Shown: positions 1-9,817 of the stretch, piece after piece | Numbering within the stretch: the first letter of the stretch is position 1 | Layout: every line of letters begins with the position of its first letter | Notes under the pieces: generated by a model | What the model saw: only the letters and a program-made list of their open reading frames with translations | What the model was told of the DNA's origin: nothing | Databases searched by the model: none | Position numbers and translations under genes: made by a program | Origin: a virus | Reading direction: 5' to 3' (one strand) | Virus record (IMG/VR): IMGVR_UViG_3300032893_000004 | Location: 91,058 to 155,057 of that record | DNA length: 64,000 bases

Positions 1-1094
1 CAAGCGTTCCGGTTTGGTCGCAGAGCGTGATCCAAAGAAGACGAATGCAAGTACGACATAGGTGTCTCTTTCGAGATGTCGTGGGTGTCAGACTGCTTCC
101 AGTGCAGATCTCCAAGCTTCCTGTGATACTGAAAATTACGCTCGTGATCGATCGCGAGGAGTGGATTGGTACCGCGCGGAGTAGTCCAGTTGCCTATCAT
201 CAGATTACCGTTATGACGATCCAGATTATTAGCAAGATAGTCCATCACTGCTATCTTGTGTACGTCCAGGGGATCAACGTGAGCTTCGATGTTGCGGCTG
301 CCGCGAGACGATATGAGCTGTCCTATGGATTTGTGGTCCGGCGCGAACTTGCGAACCGTCAGAGGAACGCCGTCGTGCTCGTGAGTCGATACATCTTCCG
401 AAAGATGCCCGATTCCGCCAGCATCGAATAAAGCTTTTGTCGCCATGGTAGCCCACCCCAAGATAGGATTCTTGACCCACCGCTTCGTGGCCGACTCGAT
501 CTTCTTGTGGTACGGCTTGGCCATGTAAATGTCATTCTCCCCAGACTGATGCACCATCTTGGCCGAAATGCCATTTTCATCCAGTTTATGCGGCTTATGA
601 ACCGTGTCAGACGACAGTATCTTCGTGTAATCAGGTGGCGCTGGGAATTTTTCGAGATGTTGTTTGTGATCGACCGTAAGATGGGCATCGGCATCATTCT
701 TGTTAGCGACCCGATTCCAGTCTTTCGTTCTAACTTTCTTTTCGAGATCGTGCATCGTCAGATCAGACAAGATATATCCAACCTGAACAGAGAATTCTCC
801 TACGGATTTTGCCAGGAGCGTGCGGTGGAAATTCGACGGCAGTTCAGCTAGCTTCTGCTGTCGGAATGAGCTAGATGCGTTATACTCCTCAGCGAATTGA
901 AGCGGAGTCTTCCCGTCCATGACTCGCCAGAATATGGCAGGCGTCATGCCGTTGATTCGGTTCTGGAACGACTTCGAGAGATCTGGACCTATCTCAGACT
1001 GTAGATCGCGCAGGAATTCATCAGCAGAAATCTTCGGCATCTCTGACTTCTTGATCGTCCTGCTTCGTTGTTCCGCCCATTTCTTTATCTTCAT
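1..1094 (-). CDS. PI3/PI4-kinase/HipA-like kinase domain protein (3' partial; absent from the ORF track)
   Basis: Manual translation from ATG 1094 is open to the window edge: MKIKKWAEQRSRTIKKSE...YMAKPYH...KIAVMDYLANNLDRHNGNLMIG...LLAIDHERNF. DRHNGN is at 204..221. Confidence 0.85.
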   Translation of the reverse strand, partial: MKIKKWAEQRSRTIKKSEMPKISADEFLRDLQSEIGPDLSKSFQNRINGMTPAIFWRVMDGKTPLQFAEEYNASSSFRQQKLAELPSNFHRTLLAKSVGEFSVQVGYILSDLTMHDLEKKVRTKDWNRVANKNDADAHLTVDHKQHLEKFPAPPDYTKILSSDTVHKPHKLDENGISAKMVHQSGENDIYMAKPYHKKIESATKRWVKNPILGWATMATKALFDAGGIGHLSEDVSTHEHDGVPLTVRKFAPDHKSIGQLISSRGSRNIEAHVDPLDVHKIAVMDYLANNLDRHNGNLMIGNWTTPRGTNPLLAIDHERNFQYHRKLGDLHWKQSDTHDISKETPMSYLHSSSLDHALRPNRNA

Positions 1095-1095
1095 T

Positions 1096-2163
1096 TTACA
1101 CGTTAGTGCTGAAAAAATTATTCCCGAACATGACCTTCAGATGCTTGATAATTTCCTTGTACCGCGCTTCCAGAGTGTTCCTCTTATCCTGAAGCAATTC
1201 GATCATTCTGTCTTGGATGGACTGACTCAAACTATCGACGGACATCGACTGAGATACTGTCCGAAACAAGGGAAGGAGAAGGTCTATCGCATACATAGCT
1301 GCAGCCGAACCGATCGCTTCGTTCACGATCACTGGCAACTGGCCGTCTTCGGTCATCATACCTGTTTCAACTTCGACCGTCCAGTAGGCCGGTACCCAGC
1401 CTTGCTGACCAATGAACTGAAGAATAGTCGCACCAGCCGCGCCGGTCGCCTGGGCCGTTCCGAGGGCCGTGAAAGCCGGCGTGAGCGGGTTGACGTTCAG
1501 GTAGCCTCGAACGGCGTTGCCCATCTCGATCCACTGCTCCGGGATACGATAGATCTCACCGCCGGACGGGAATTCCTTTCGACCGTTTCTAGGTGTTCCC
1601 AAGAATTCGCCGGGATCGGCGTTACGTTCGCCGCCGACGATGTCGTACGGATCATCGCCGAAATCGAGGTAACTAGACGAACAGATAGCCATCCGTAGTA
1701 CGCGGCGGATCGGCTTAAACGGCACCTCAAGGAAGATGTGCTGGTTGTACAGGTTCGGATCGAACGGCAACCGGTGACGCCGCGCCGTCAAGTTCACCGA
1801 AGTCTTCGCATCGATCTCGAAGCGGGCTATGCCGCGCTTGATAAAATCCTCTAAGTCGCGCTCGGTAAGCTTTTCTTTGGTCAGAGGAGAAGCTAAAGGG
1901 ATTCCGAACAGGAATCGACGTTGCATCGTCTTGCCGTCCAGAACTGGCTCCAAGCTGTCGTATATACCCGAACCAGCATATGCTCTTTCCGGGAAAACAG
2001 CGCCGGTCGGCTTCTTCGAATACTTGAAGTCTAAAGGTCCCTGCGGGGTATTTCGCTTCTGATTCGGCGGAAAATCCGGACCAGGTTCGTTCCTGGCTAC
2101 TTCGCCCTGCGGATTGATGTGCGTACCGTCGTTCCGAGGCCTGTTATCGTCGTGATCGTGCAT
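1096..2163 (-). CDS. Putative neck / head-tail adaptor protein
   Basis: 355 aa in the late-motif operon. The RFLFGIPL segment and C-terminal SQSMSVDSLSQS resemble the post-capsid neck protein of Herelleviridae-like phages. Confidence 0.55.
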   Translation of the reverse strand: MHDHDDNRPRNDGTHINPQGEVARNEPGPDFPPNQKRNTPQGPLDFKYSKKPTGAVFPERAYAGSGIYDSLEPVLDGKTMQRRFLFGIPLASPLTKEKLTERDLEDFIKRGIARFEIDAKTSVNLTARRHRLPFDPNLYNQHIFLEVPFKPIRRVLRMAICSSSYLDFGDDPYDIVGGERNADPGEFLGTPRNGRKEFPSGGEIYRIPEQWIEMGNAVRGYLNVNPLTPAFTALGTAQATGAAGATILQFIGQQGWVPAYWTVEVETGMMTEDGQLPVIVNEAIGSAAAMYAIDLLLPLFRTVSQSMSVDSLSQSIQDRMIELLQDKRNTLEARYKEIIKHLKVMFGNNFFSTNV

Positions 2164-2175
2164 TTTGTCTCCGAT

Positions 2176-2577
2176 TTAACCGTAGAAGCGACTTGAACCG
2201 GCGCTGCGAGCTATCAAACGTCCGTCCAAGGTCAATGTTTGCATCGTACCGCCGTCGTAGAGGAGAGCTTTCATGGCACCCATGACTATATCGTTCTGGG
2301 TAAGCTGTACCATCCAGATCGACCGATCATCATTGGGGAAGGCCATGGTAGCCGGTCGGCGGATGAAGTTGGCGCAATCCAGGCTGTCGAATATGACAGT
2401 TACCTGCGCAGTAGTGCTCGGAATGTACCTCTGGAATTTATGACAGTTACCGGAAAGCTCCGAAGTCAGCCTGAAGTAGACAGTCTGAGCGTTGCCGTTT
2501 ACGTGTTCGAACTGCTCAACCTCGTAGAAGTTGTTGACATCGTTCACGTTTTCCAAGAGTCTGATTACATTCTTCAT
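2176..2577 (-). CDS. Hypothetical, probably virion-associated protein
   Basis: ATG 2577 has a GGAGGA SD and lies downstream of a late motif. Confidence 0.6.
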   Translation of the reverse strand: MKNVIRLLENVNDVNNFYEVEQFEHVNGNAQTVYFRLTSELSGNCHKFQRYIPSTTAQVTVIFDSLDCANFIRRPATMAFPNDDRSIWMVQLTQNDIVMGAMKALLYDGGTMQTLTLDGRLIARSAGSSRFYG

Positions 2578-2609
2578 TGCACGGAATCCTCCGACGGATT
2601 TGTACACTG

Positions 2610-2619
2610 AAGATTAGGC
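2610..2619 (-). promoter_or_regulatory. Putative late promoter motif GCCTAATCTT
   Basis: Identical 10-mer at four gene junctions of the virion module. Confidence 0.7.
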
Positions 2620-2628
2620 TCTTGAATC

Positions 2629-3312
2629 CTATCTCTTCTTACGTCTTTTCGCGGACTTAGCCATCTCGTGCATCGTTCGCTGCTGCTCGAACGACGGAGC
2701 GTTGCCGATGTACATGACTGGAGGGTGATGCTGCGGTCGCGGGATGCCGACGTGATCGATGAGACCCCAACGCTTTGCGGCACCAGCTTTGAGAGTCCAG
2801 TCGACGTTCTTTTTCTTGTGAATCTCTCTCTCGAATTCCTCGGACGATCGACCGCAGTCGGAAGCCAGGTTCTTGAACATCGTCTTGTTCAGGTCTGCTG
2901 TGACCTTGGCGTACTCCACTATGTCGGAAGCCTTGCCGGGGGCCACTCCAGATACCTGATGAAGCAAGATCTGCGTGTCAGGTGCCGCGAATCGGTATCC
3001 TTTGGTTCCGGCTGCCAGCAGAGACGCTCCGCACGACATCGCCATACCTACCGCGATGGTCGCAACCGGCTTCGGAGAAGACTTTATCAGATCTCGCAAG
3101 GCGAGAAGAGCATGAACGTCGCCTCCGTAGCTGTTGATAAAAACCGGAATTATCTGGACCTCTTCGTCTCGCTCCAGCTGGATAAACTTATCGTAGAAGC
3201 GAATGACCGCTTCCGAGTCAAAGTCTGTAACCCACACCGCCTTGGTGTCATTCATCCCAGCGAGCAGACCTAGCATCCCGAGGTCGGGGCCAGACGATTC
3301 CGTTTTATTCAT
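2629..3312 (-). CDS. clpP: ClpP-like protease proteolytic subunit
   Basis: INSYGG, GMAMSCGASLLAAG (catalytic Ser), LLHQV (His), WGLIDHV. Confidence 0.9.
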   Translation of the reverse strand: MNKTESSGPDLGMLGLLAGMNDTKAVWVTDFDSEAVIRFYDKFIQLERDEEVQIIPVFINSYGGDVHALLALRDLIKSSPKPVATIAVGMAMSCGASLLAAGTKGYRFAAPDTQILLHQVSGVAPGKASDIVEYAKVTADLNKTMFKNLASDCGRSSEEFEREIHKKKNVDWTLKAGAAKRWGLIDHVGIPRPQHHPPVMYIGNAPSFEQQRTMHEMAKSAKRRKKR

Positions 3313-3649
3313 CGCGACCTTCTTCCACGTTGATGCGTTTGGATTCTTCGTTCAACGACTTGGTGGACACTATCAGTTTTTCTACTCCGTTCCGATCGAA
3401 GCGAGTCGGCCCCTCTACCATGAATGGAGTGATGTAAGGCGGAGTCTCAGATCCGAGGAAGAGAGATTCCACGTAACCCACGCCGGATAGGAAACACTTC
3501 CATGCCGGACCTTCGACCAAGACGAACGATCCTACCAGCTGACCGTCTTCCGTTTCGATCGGAAACACTTCGTTAGCCGGCGACCATCTCCCCTCGAAAG
3601 CGACGGTGAACCGATAGATACGTGCGTGTTCATTTTTGACCGTTTTCAT
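3305..3649 (-). CDS. Hypothetical protein
   Basis: ATG 3649 with AGAGGA SD; tiles with its neighbours. Confidence 0.55.
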   Translation of the reverse strand: MKTVKNEHARIYRFTVAFEGRWSPANEVFPIETEDGQLVGSFVLVEGPAWKCFLSGVGYVESLFLGSETPPYITPFMVEGPTRFDRNGVEKLIVSTKSLNEESKRINVEEGRDE

Positions 3650-3887
3650 TGTCTTTCCTCTTTGGATTTCCATTCTTGTCGATTCCGTACTTTTCGCATA
3701 CCTGCTCGATGCCTTCGGCGCAGGCGAACCACGCAAGGCTCATCAGTCCGGTAGCGGCCAGAATGCCTACCGGAATTTCGACTTGTGCATTCACCGATGC
3801 GATGATCAGAAGTAAGTTGATTCCAACGAATCCGCCGATAGCGTATTCGCCGATCTTAAAGACCTTCAACCACGTCTTTGGTGCCAA
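3630..3887 (-). CDS. Small two-TM membrane protein
   Basis: Two hydrophobic segments; GGAG SD. Confidence 0.55.
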   Translation of the reverse strand: MAPKTWLKVFKIGEYAIGGFVGINLLLIIASVNAQVEIPVGILAATGLMSLAWFACAEGIEQVCEKYGIDKNGNPKRKDNENGQK

Positions 3888-4404
3888 ACTTTCTCCTATA
3901 CTTGGCTCGAAGCTCTCTCTGCTTTGCTCGAAGCGCGCCGACGCCGGGATAGTTTCCCTTCTTATAGTAATGCCTGTAGCACCAGATGTCCAGAGCTTTG
4001 TCGGCTGCCACCTTGTACTTCGGCAGCTTGATTCCCACCTCGTGCATGATCTTCGGTCTATACTTCGTATCGTTCTTCTCCGAGAGGTAGATCAGCTTGC
4101 GCTGAGCCTTAGGAGGCGGTTCTTCGGCTGAAGACTCGTTGTCCGCTATGATTGCCGCGTCGACCGCCTCATCTTTCTTTCTCTGGGCATAAATCCACGC
4201 CATGTGGTGGGCTAGTTCGTGAACAATGTTGAGGATTATCGTAGTCTTAGACTGTGACGGCCAGGTAAATACTTCGATCACCGATCCGTCCATGTCCCAC
4301 GTCGCTCCGGGATCACCGCGACGGTGCCGCTTCCACTCCACGCGGAGCCCGAGGCCTTCGGCATACTTCACGAGCCGTTCGATTTCTCTGTCTCGGATGT
4401 GCAT
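3856..4404 (-). CDS. HExxH zinc metallopeptidase-like protein (ImmA/IrrE-like)
   Basis: IVHELAHH motif after a typical N-terminal segment. Confidence 0.6.
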   Translation of the reverse strand: MHIRDREIERLVKYAEGLGLRVEWKRHRRGDPGATWDMDGSVIEVFTWPSQSKTTIILNIVHELAHHMAWIYAQRKKDEAVDAAIIADNESSAEEPPPKAQRKLIYLSEKNDTKYRPKIMHEVGIKLPKYKVAADKALDIWCYRHYYKKGNYPGVGALRAKQRELRAKYRRKFGTKDVVEGL

Positions 4405-4459
4405 ATGGTCCCATCTTAGCGGAAAACGGGCCGGAAATCCAGCCCGCCGAACTATCTGA

Positions 4460-4759
4460 TTACACTAACTTTGCAGCCTTAGGCGCTTCGAGTTGCTGCT
4501 TCGTAGGAACGGTCCAGCCAGGAGCCGCCGAGTGAATCTTCTGCAGCCACACTTTCCCGGCGATGCATTCCGTCGCCAGATTCATCGCGCCTACCAATCC
4601 TTGGGCGTTACCGGGAAACGGGGCGTGTTCTACGACGCCGCCCTTCTCCATGACGATGAAGACTCGGTATGACAGGTTAGGGTCCTGGATCACCTGCACC
4701 AGCTCGTGGTTGACGATCAACTTTCCTTCGACGAACTGGGCGTAAGTTTGGCGCTTCAT
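4460..4759 (-). CDS. Hypothetical protein
   Basis: ATGA overlap with the DUF932 gene. Confidence 0.6.
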   Translation of the reverse strand: MKRQTYAQFVEGKLIVNHELVQVIQDPNLSYRVFIVMEKGGVVEHAPFPGNAQGLVGAMNLATECIAGKVWLQKIHSAAPGWTVPTKQQLEAPKAAKLV

Positions 4760-5721
4760 ACTGAACCGCCCGCTGCCATCTTCACGGCAACCGACATCGC
4801 TCGTGCGTTCGTCTGCTTGTTGGTACCGAACCAGAGACTATCCAGACGCGAGTCGGCGTTATCCTTCGCCTCGTGAGTCAGATACTGCGTGACCCCGTTA
4901 TAGAGAGCCCACATCGTTCCGTTGACTCCAGGCATGCTGTTGCCGTAGCCCGTTTCGAACAAGCGAGTGATGTCGCTCGTGATCGAATCCAGACGAGTCT
5001 GCTGGCGCTCTGTGATAGCGTCTTCAGACACTTGTGGGTAGAACACGAGATGAACGTACTTCTTGAGATCGCGCATGGATACGCCAGCGCGAGCCATCGC
5101 CTTGAAAGCTTCGCCTGTGGCTTCGAACTGCTGGTTGGCAGTGTTGACCATCTCCTGAACCTTTTCTAGAGCGATCTCAACCTTAGAGGTATGGCGAACC
5201 CGCAGAAGCGAAGAATCAGTCGCCGATATCGCAGCTGCCAGGGTATTGGCGCACACGACTCGGATCGGGCTGAAGCCGACCTGGACCGAAGCTGCTCCGT
5301 CGTGACGATTCGTCAGGAGGAGATACTTGCGAACTTCGTCGCCTTTGACGACTTCGATCGGGTTGCGGTTCATCTGCGCGAGGACCCAGATCTTACGACC
5401 GCCGTCGAGGGAACCGGCCGTTTCGAGGGTGATCTCGCCCGACTTGATGAACGGTTCGAAGAACTCGAACGCCTTGTCGTTCTGAAGAGCGTGGTACTTG
5501 GAACCTACTTCTCCGAGGATCGCGTTGTCCGATTCGCGGATCACGGCTCGGGCTCCGACTTTACGGCCGTCGGCCAAGAACAGTGGTTTCAGTCCGACTT
5601 TCCAGTCGAGACCGGCCAGCTTGATACCCTCTTCGATCGAAGGTGCATTCTGGATGATCTTGCCCAGCTGATGCCAAGGGATTTCTTTGACCGAGAACAT
5701 ATTTTCGACTTGGTGGCTCAA
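4756..5721 (-). CDS. DUF932 (phage/plasmid-like TIGR03299 family) protein
   Basis: MSHQVENMFSVKEIPWHQLG, ETAGSL, PIRVVCANTL, GTMWALYNGVT; TTG start with AAGGAG SD. Confidence 0.9.
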   Translation of the reverse strand: MSHQVENMFSVKEIPWHQLGKIIQNAPSIEEGIKLAGLDWKVGLKPLFLADGRKVGARAVIRESDNAILGEVGSKYHALQNDKAFEFFEPFIKSGEITLETAGSLDGGRKIWVLAQMNRNPIEVVKGDEVRKYLLLTNRHDGAASVQVGFSPIRVVCANTLAAAISATDSSLLRVRHTSKVEIALEKVQEMVNTANQQFEATGEAFKAMARAGVSMRDLKKYVHLVFYPQVSEDAITERQQTRLDSITSDITRLFETGYGNSMPGVNGTMWALYNGVTQYLTHEAKDNADSRLDSLWFGTNKQTNARAMSVAVKMAAGGSV

Positions 5722-5760
5722 TTGATACTCCTTTGAAAGTATTTGTGCGAAGACAATACC

Positions 5761-5789
5761 AGGATATCAAGGTCCGGTGCGGAAGGCAA
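5761..5789 (-). promoter_or_regulatory. Sigma70-type promoter TTGCCT-N17-TATCCT with extended TG
   Basis: Intergenic, upstream of DUF932. Confidence 0.5.
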
Positions 5790-5833
5790 TACGCTAAAAT
5801 GAGATTCTCACGAAATGTAGAATCTGCCTTATT

Positions 5834-6412
5834 TCATAAGGTTAGAAACCTCTCGTAGACTCGGAACATCGTGTTGACGTCTCCTTTTGCAGTATGCCAG
5901 TCTGAATCTGGGACAGAAATGTTCAGCGCCTTCGCCAGATTTTTCAAACTGATACTGGCGTTACGCGGCAGAAGCCCCTTATCTTTTAAGAACCCAGCCA
6001 CAACGGCCGTATCGCGAGTGTGGTAATCCGTGAACAGTCGCAGGATCTTCTCTTTCAGCAAGTGGTTGATCACGAAGTCTTTGTCGAACGGTTCGTTCTG
6101 GCCAATACGGATGAGTTTGTTGCGACCATCCTCGGACTCTTCCTTCAGAAAATAATACACCTTTTCCGCCGCTGCGTCGATCGTGATCGCTTCTTTGTCG
6201 TGCTTGACGAGATCTATCTTGTTAATCGCCAGCGCACCAGCGGTGACATTGTAGCATTCATCTTCGTTAGGCTTAATCTTAAGATCCAAGTCTCGAAGGA
6301 TTCGGAATTTGCCAAATTCAAGCACGGCCGTGGCCATGTAGAGCGTCAGCAGACTATGCTGGCGAGCGTACAGTCCACCGGTCTCCGCATCGTATCCGAG
6401 GTACTTGTCCAT
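5834..6412 (-). CDS. DEDDh 3'-5' exonuclease (DnaQ/epsilon-like)
   Basis: YDAETGG, GQNEPFD, HTAKGDV. Confidence 0.85.
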   Translation of the reverse strand: MDKYLGYDAETGGLYARQHSLLTLYMATAVLEFGKFRILRDLDLKIKPNEDECYNVTAGALAINKIDLVKHDKEAITIDAAAEKVYYFLKEESEDGRNKLIRIGQNEPFDKDFVINHLLKEKILRLFTDYHTRDTAVVAGFLKDKGLLPRNASISLKNLAKALNISVPDSDWHTAKGDVNTMFRVYERFLTL

Positions 6413-7641
6413 TATTCTTCCGCTCTGATGCGAAGGCCTACCGGGAATCTCGGGACTCCAGCTGCCCCAGTGAATCCCTGATACTGCACAGTAAGTTTCT
6501 TTCCGGCCCAGAGAGTTGGGTTATCGAAATATTCTTTGAGTCCGCTAAGCGAGCCAGACATCTTTGCAAGGAACTCTTTCCCATCGCTCGTCCGGCACAC
6601 AAAAGCGCCGACGTGTCCTTGAAGGCGGCCGCGACCTTCCTCAACTCCGACGATGTCAAACTCCGCGTCTTCGAATTCTTTGACCTTTTGGAGCCCGTAG
6701 GATCGCTTGTTTTGCTCATATAGACCGTCTCCGTTGCGCAGCATGGCGCCCTCGAAACCCTGGTTGCGGACACCCACGAAGAACTCAGAAACTTGTTCCT
6801 CGTTTTCGACCATTCCGGTCTGCACGGGTTGCAGGTAAGAAGACATGCATGTCGCCAGAGCTGCGGTAAGATCGTCATTGCGATCCGCGAAGATTTTGTC
6901 AGATACCATATCGTAGATATGATATTCGACGTTCTCGTATCCTTCAGCCGGCTCTTCCTGGCGAACCAAGGAAACGATCTCTTCGAAATTCGTGCGAAAC
7001 TTATGGTTATACAATTCGCCGTCGAGAATGATGTCGGTGAACGATTCTTCCAGAGCAGCGACGATGTGCGGCAGCGATGTGATTGGCTTGCGAGTCCGAG
7101 ACCACAGCGTGGCCTTACCGTTGGAAACGATCGCGATGCAGCGGATACCGTCGAACTTAGGCTGGATGTACGCCGGCCATTTTATCTTCTTGCCGTGCTT
7201 AGCGAATGATTGGGCGAGCATCGGGAATAGCCCGCCCGTCACAAGCTCCGCGTCAACTTCTTGATCGCGAGCAGCCTGTTCGCTCTCGACGTATCCTTTT
7301 TTCTTCTGCTTCTTCCACTTCGCTTCGGCTTCTTTTTCAGCCTGCTGGTAAGCAGTCGTGGCATTCTTCTTGCCGGGATTCTTGCCTTCACGTATCACAT
7401 CGACCGTTCGCTGCGGAGACGCCGTGCCGAGTTGGCCGTACATCGTGACAACTTCGCCGGTGACCAGAAACGTTCCGACTTCGGTCTCGGACGGTACGTC
7501 TTTCTGCTGAGCAAAGACGTCCCAGTACTGGATCGCTCCGGTGTTGGTCTTCTTGTAAAGTCTCGGGAAGGTTTTGACGATCAGCTTCGTAGGGGTCGAT
7601 GCGTAGCTTAGCGGATCGAGGCCTGCGGTGGACAGATTCAT
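6412..7641 (-). CDS. ATP-dependent DNA ligase with WGR-like N-terminal domain
   Basis: QPKFDGIRC, LDGELY, FEGAMLR, KVK, PRFPV. Confidence 0.93.
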   Translation of the reverse strand: MNLSTAGLDPLSYASTPTKLIVKTFPRLYKKTNTGAIQYWDVFAQQKDVPSETEVGTFLVTGEVVTMYGQLGTASPQRTVDVIREGKNPGKKNATTAYQQAEKEAEAKWKKQKKKGYVESEQAARDQEVDAELVTGGLFPMLAQSFAKHGKKIKWPAYIQPKFDGIRCIAIVSNGKATLWSRTRKPITSLPHIVAALEESFTDIILDGELYNHKFRTNFEEIVSLVRQEEPAEGYENVEYHIYDMVSDKIFADRNDDLTAALATCMSSYLQPVQTGMVENEEQVSEFFVGVRNQGFEGAMLRNGDGLYEQNKRSYGLQKVKEFEDAEFDIVGVEEGRGRLQGHVGAFVCRTSDGKEFLAKMSGSLSGLKEYFDNPTLWAGKKLTVQYQGFTGAAGVPRFPVGLRIRAEE

Positions 7642-7664
7642 ACATTTCCTCTCGTGTTATGGAA

Positions 7665-8150
7665 CTACTGCTCTTGTTTACTCTTCAGCCAAAAATCGTA
7701 GTCGGCAGATATCTGATTTTGCAAAGACTTTGCATCTTCGTCGGTCTTTGGCATCGTTTTCGTGTAGATCAGAACTGGTACGTATCCTGACGCGAACATA
7801 CACTCGATGTCCTTAGCCTTGCACACGCTTAAGCCCAGGTAAGTCTTGATCACGAGCGTTTGCTCGCTCTGAACACAGAATGCTCCTCTAGAGTTCAACT
7901 GGATCGGGGCTAAACGATCGTCTCGGAGAGCGGCGGCGGAACAGCCAGCTATGATCGCTTCTGATTCCACGTGTCTGACACTAGCATCGAGCAGCACGTC
8001 TTCGAGCTTATACCGCGTCGCTGCGCCAGGCGCGGCGGGCGTCTGGCGAAAAGTCATGTCCATATAGATGCTCGCTATCACAGCTCCCAAGACGACTGCA
8101 ATGGAACCCAGGATCACCGTACCTTCAGTTATTTTAGATATTTTAGACAT
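7665..8150 (-). CDS. Hypothetical protein with N-terminal TM helix
   Basis: GGAGG SD; hydrophobic N-terminus. Confidence 0.6.
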   Translation of the reverse strand: MSKISKITEGTVILGSIAVVLGAVIASIYMDMTFRQTPAAPGAATRYKLEDVLLDASVRHVESEAIIAGCSAAALRDDRLAPIQLNSRGAFCVQSEQTLVIKTYLGLSVCKAKDIECMFASGYVPVLIYTKTMPKTDEDAKSLQNQISADYDFWLKSKQEQ

Positions 8151-8179
8151 TCTGCCTCCGTAGAGGAGAAGATACCAGC

Positions 8180-8494
8180 TTAGTTGTCTGAACGCAAGGG
8201 CAAAACGTTGGCCGGTGATGATGTCTTGATATCATCGGTCAAGACGCCTAGCTTGCGTAGTTCTTGCCGCTCGAACTGTACGTGCCGGCCGATGTAGTTG
8301 ATCTTTCGCACCATAGCTTCGCGTTCCGTCTGGGCAACGAATCGGTCCGAATCGAGTCCTAGAAGATGACGCAGACCGGTCCGGATTCTCGGGATCAGCG
8401 TTGCTCGATTGCGATAGATGTACACGGCAGTTGCCACTTCGATGACCATCCAGCAGGCGATAACGATAACGGCGATTTGAAAAAGGGTGTTCAT
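8180..8494 (-). CDS. Hypothetical membrane-anchored protein
   Basis: ATG 8494 with GGAGGA SD directly after a consensus promoter. Confidence 0.6.
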   Translation of the reverse strand: MNTLFQIAVIVIACWMVIEVATAVYIYRNRATLIPRIRTGLRHLLGLDSDRFVAQTEREAMVRKINYIGRHVQFERQELRKLGVLTDDIKTSSPANVLPLRSDN

Positions 8495-8513
8495 AGATTC
8501 CTCCATTTGAATC

Positions 8514-8542
8514 AGTATATCGAACTCTTAGACAGGTGTCAA
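8514..8542 (-). promoter_or_regulatory. Near-consensus sigma70 promoter TTGACA-N17-TATACT
   Basis: Read directly; the -35 overlaps the stop of the upstream ORF. Confidence 0.8.
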
Positions 8543-9048
8543 ATATTGTCGGAAAGCGACTTGAGATGAGACGTGATGACTCGGTTTCTGAACCGTTTCA
8601 AGGTCTCTTCGTCGTGCGAGAACGGAACGCAGCCTTCGAACCGACGATACGAGATCGCTAGATCGAACGTGTGTTCCAGCGCGAGACGACGGGCGTTGAT
8701 GTCAGCGTACATCCGACCGCTGAATGTGTCCCGAACGCCGTACTCCAACTTCGGAAGGCGAGTTGAGGCAGCTTCGATTCTCATGATCATTTCGAACGTG
8801 TTGGTGACCGTCGAGCACGAGTGCTGTTCGATCAAGTCTTCCAAGATATGGTTCATGTAGAACAGATAGGCGTTCGCCGTCCGGTCGTTCATGCGCTTGG
8901 ACGCGAAGATCGCGTATGGCGATAAGCGATCAAGGACGTGAGACGTCAATCCTCGATATCCGCTATCGATTCTCGGCTGCAGAACAACTTCTTGATCAAG
9001 CACTTTTGCCCCTGACGATAGAGTTTTCGGCCGCTTTTTGGAACACAT
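8539..9048 (-). CDS. Hypothetical protein (start uncertain)
   Basis: ORF in the minus-strand run. Confidence 0.5.
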   Translation of the reverse strand: MCSKKRPKTLSSGAKVLDQEVVLQPRIDSGYRGLTSHVLDRLSPYAIFASKRMNDRTANAYLFYMNHILEDLIEQHSCSTVTNTFEMIMRIEAASTRLPKLEYGVRDTFSGRMYADINARRLALEHTFDLAISYRRFEGCVPFSHDEETLKRFRNRVITSHLKSLSDNI

Positions 9049-9229
9049 CGAAGAATATCTCGTAGTCAGCGATCACGAATGCCAGTATAGCACCCAACTC
9101 TTCCTTCGTCAACTTGTCGGCCGCTGCCGCAAAAAGCTGCCCGAATTCGCTGTCTTCGCGTAGCTTGTTGTCGATCAGCTTGCACATCTCGTCGGTCAAT
9201 CGCTGAACTGCGTCTTCTTGGGAAATCAT
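8996..9229 (-). CDS. Hypothetical protein
   Basis: ATGA overlap with the CYTH gene. Confidence 0.55.
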   Translation of the reverse strand: MISQEDAVQRLTDEMCKLIDNKLREDSEFGQLFAAAADKLTKEELGAILAFVIADYEIFFDVFQKAAENSIVRGKSA

Positions 9230-9816
9230 GATTTACTGACCCTATAGCGTTTGCCGGAGTAGATCTCGTAGAGAGAATCGTTGATGATGTCGGAGTCGGT
9301 CAGCCCGAACGATTCGTTCAGAAATTTCTTCCACTTGTTGAGCATATCTATCGACACCTTGATGGGTGCCTCGTGGATCTCCACTTCGATCAGATCCATG
9401 CGCCGGTCGCCGTCGCACGAAGCTCTGTACCACACGATGTCGACCACGAAGTCCCCGTCCTGGACGAAGTAGATGTCGCAGTCCTTGTAGATCGGCAGGA
9501 TCTTGTTGAAACCTAACTCCGACATCATCTCCCGGATCAGCATAGGAGAAACCGACGGTGGAAGGGTTACGTTGACCTCTTTTCGGACCGTAGTGGAACG
9601 CTTCGAGGTGCGCGCCTTGACGGTCAGCTCGTTGGTCTTCGAACCGTGACGGTGGCGGAGAACGAACGGACCGTTGATGTGGTAGTAGTCGAAGCCGGCT
9701 ATCGTGACCAGCTTCCACTTCTTTCCGCGCAGGTGGCGACGCAGCGCGAGGTTGAAGTCAGATCGCTTCACCCTCTGCGCGTTCCACTTGATCTCGATTT
9801 CTTTCCACTTGGCCAT
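9226..9816 (-). CDS. CYTH / triphosphate tunnel metalloenzyme
   Basis: N-terminal EIEIK, LTVK, RKEVN, IEVEI. Confidence 0.8.
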   Translation of the reverse strand: MAKWKEIEIKWNAQRVKRSDFNLALRRHLRGKKWKLVTIAGFDYYHINGPFVLRHRHGSKTNELTVKARTSKRSTTVRKEVNVTLPPSVSPMLIREMMSELGFNKILPIYKDCDIYFVQDGDFVVDIVWYRASCDGDRRMDLIEVEIHEAPIKVSIDMLNKWKKFLNESFGLTDSDIINDSLYEIYSGKRYRVSKS

Positions 9817-9817
9817 T

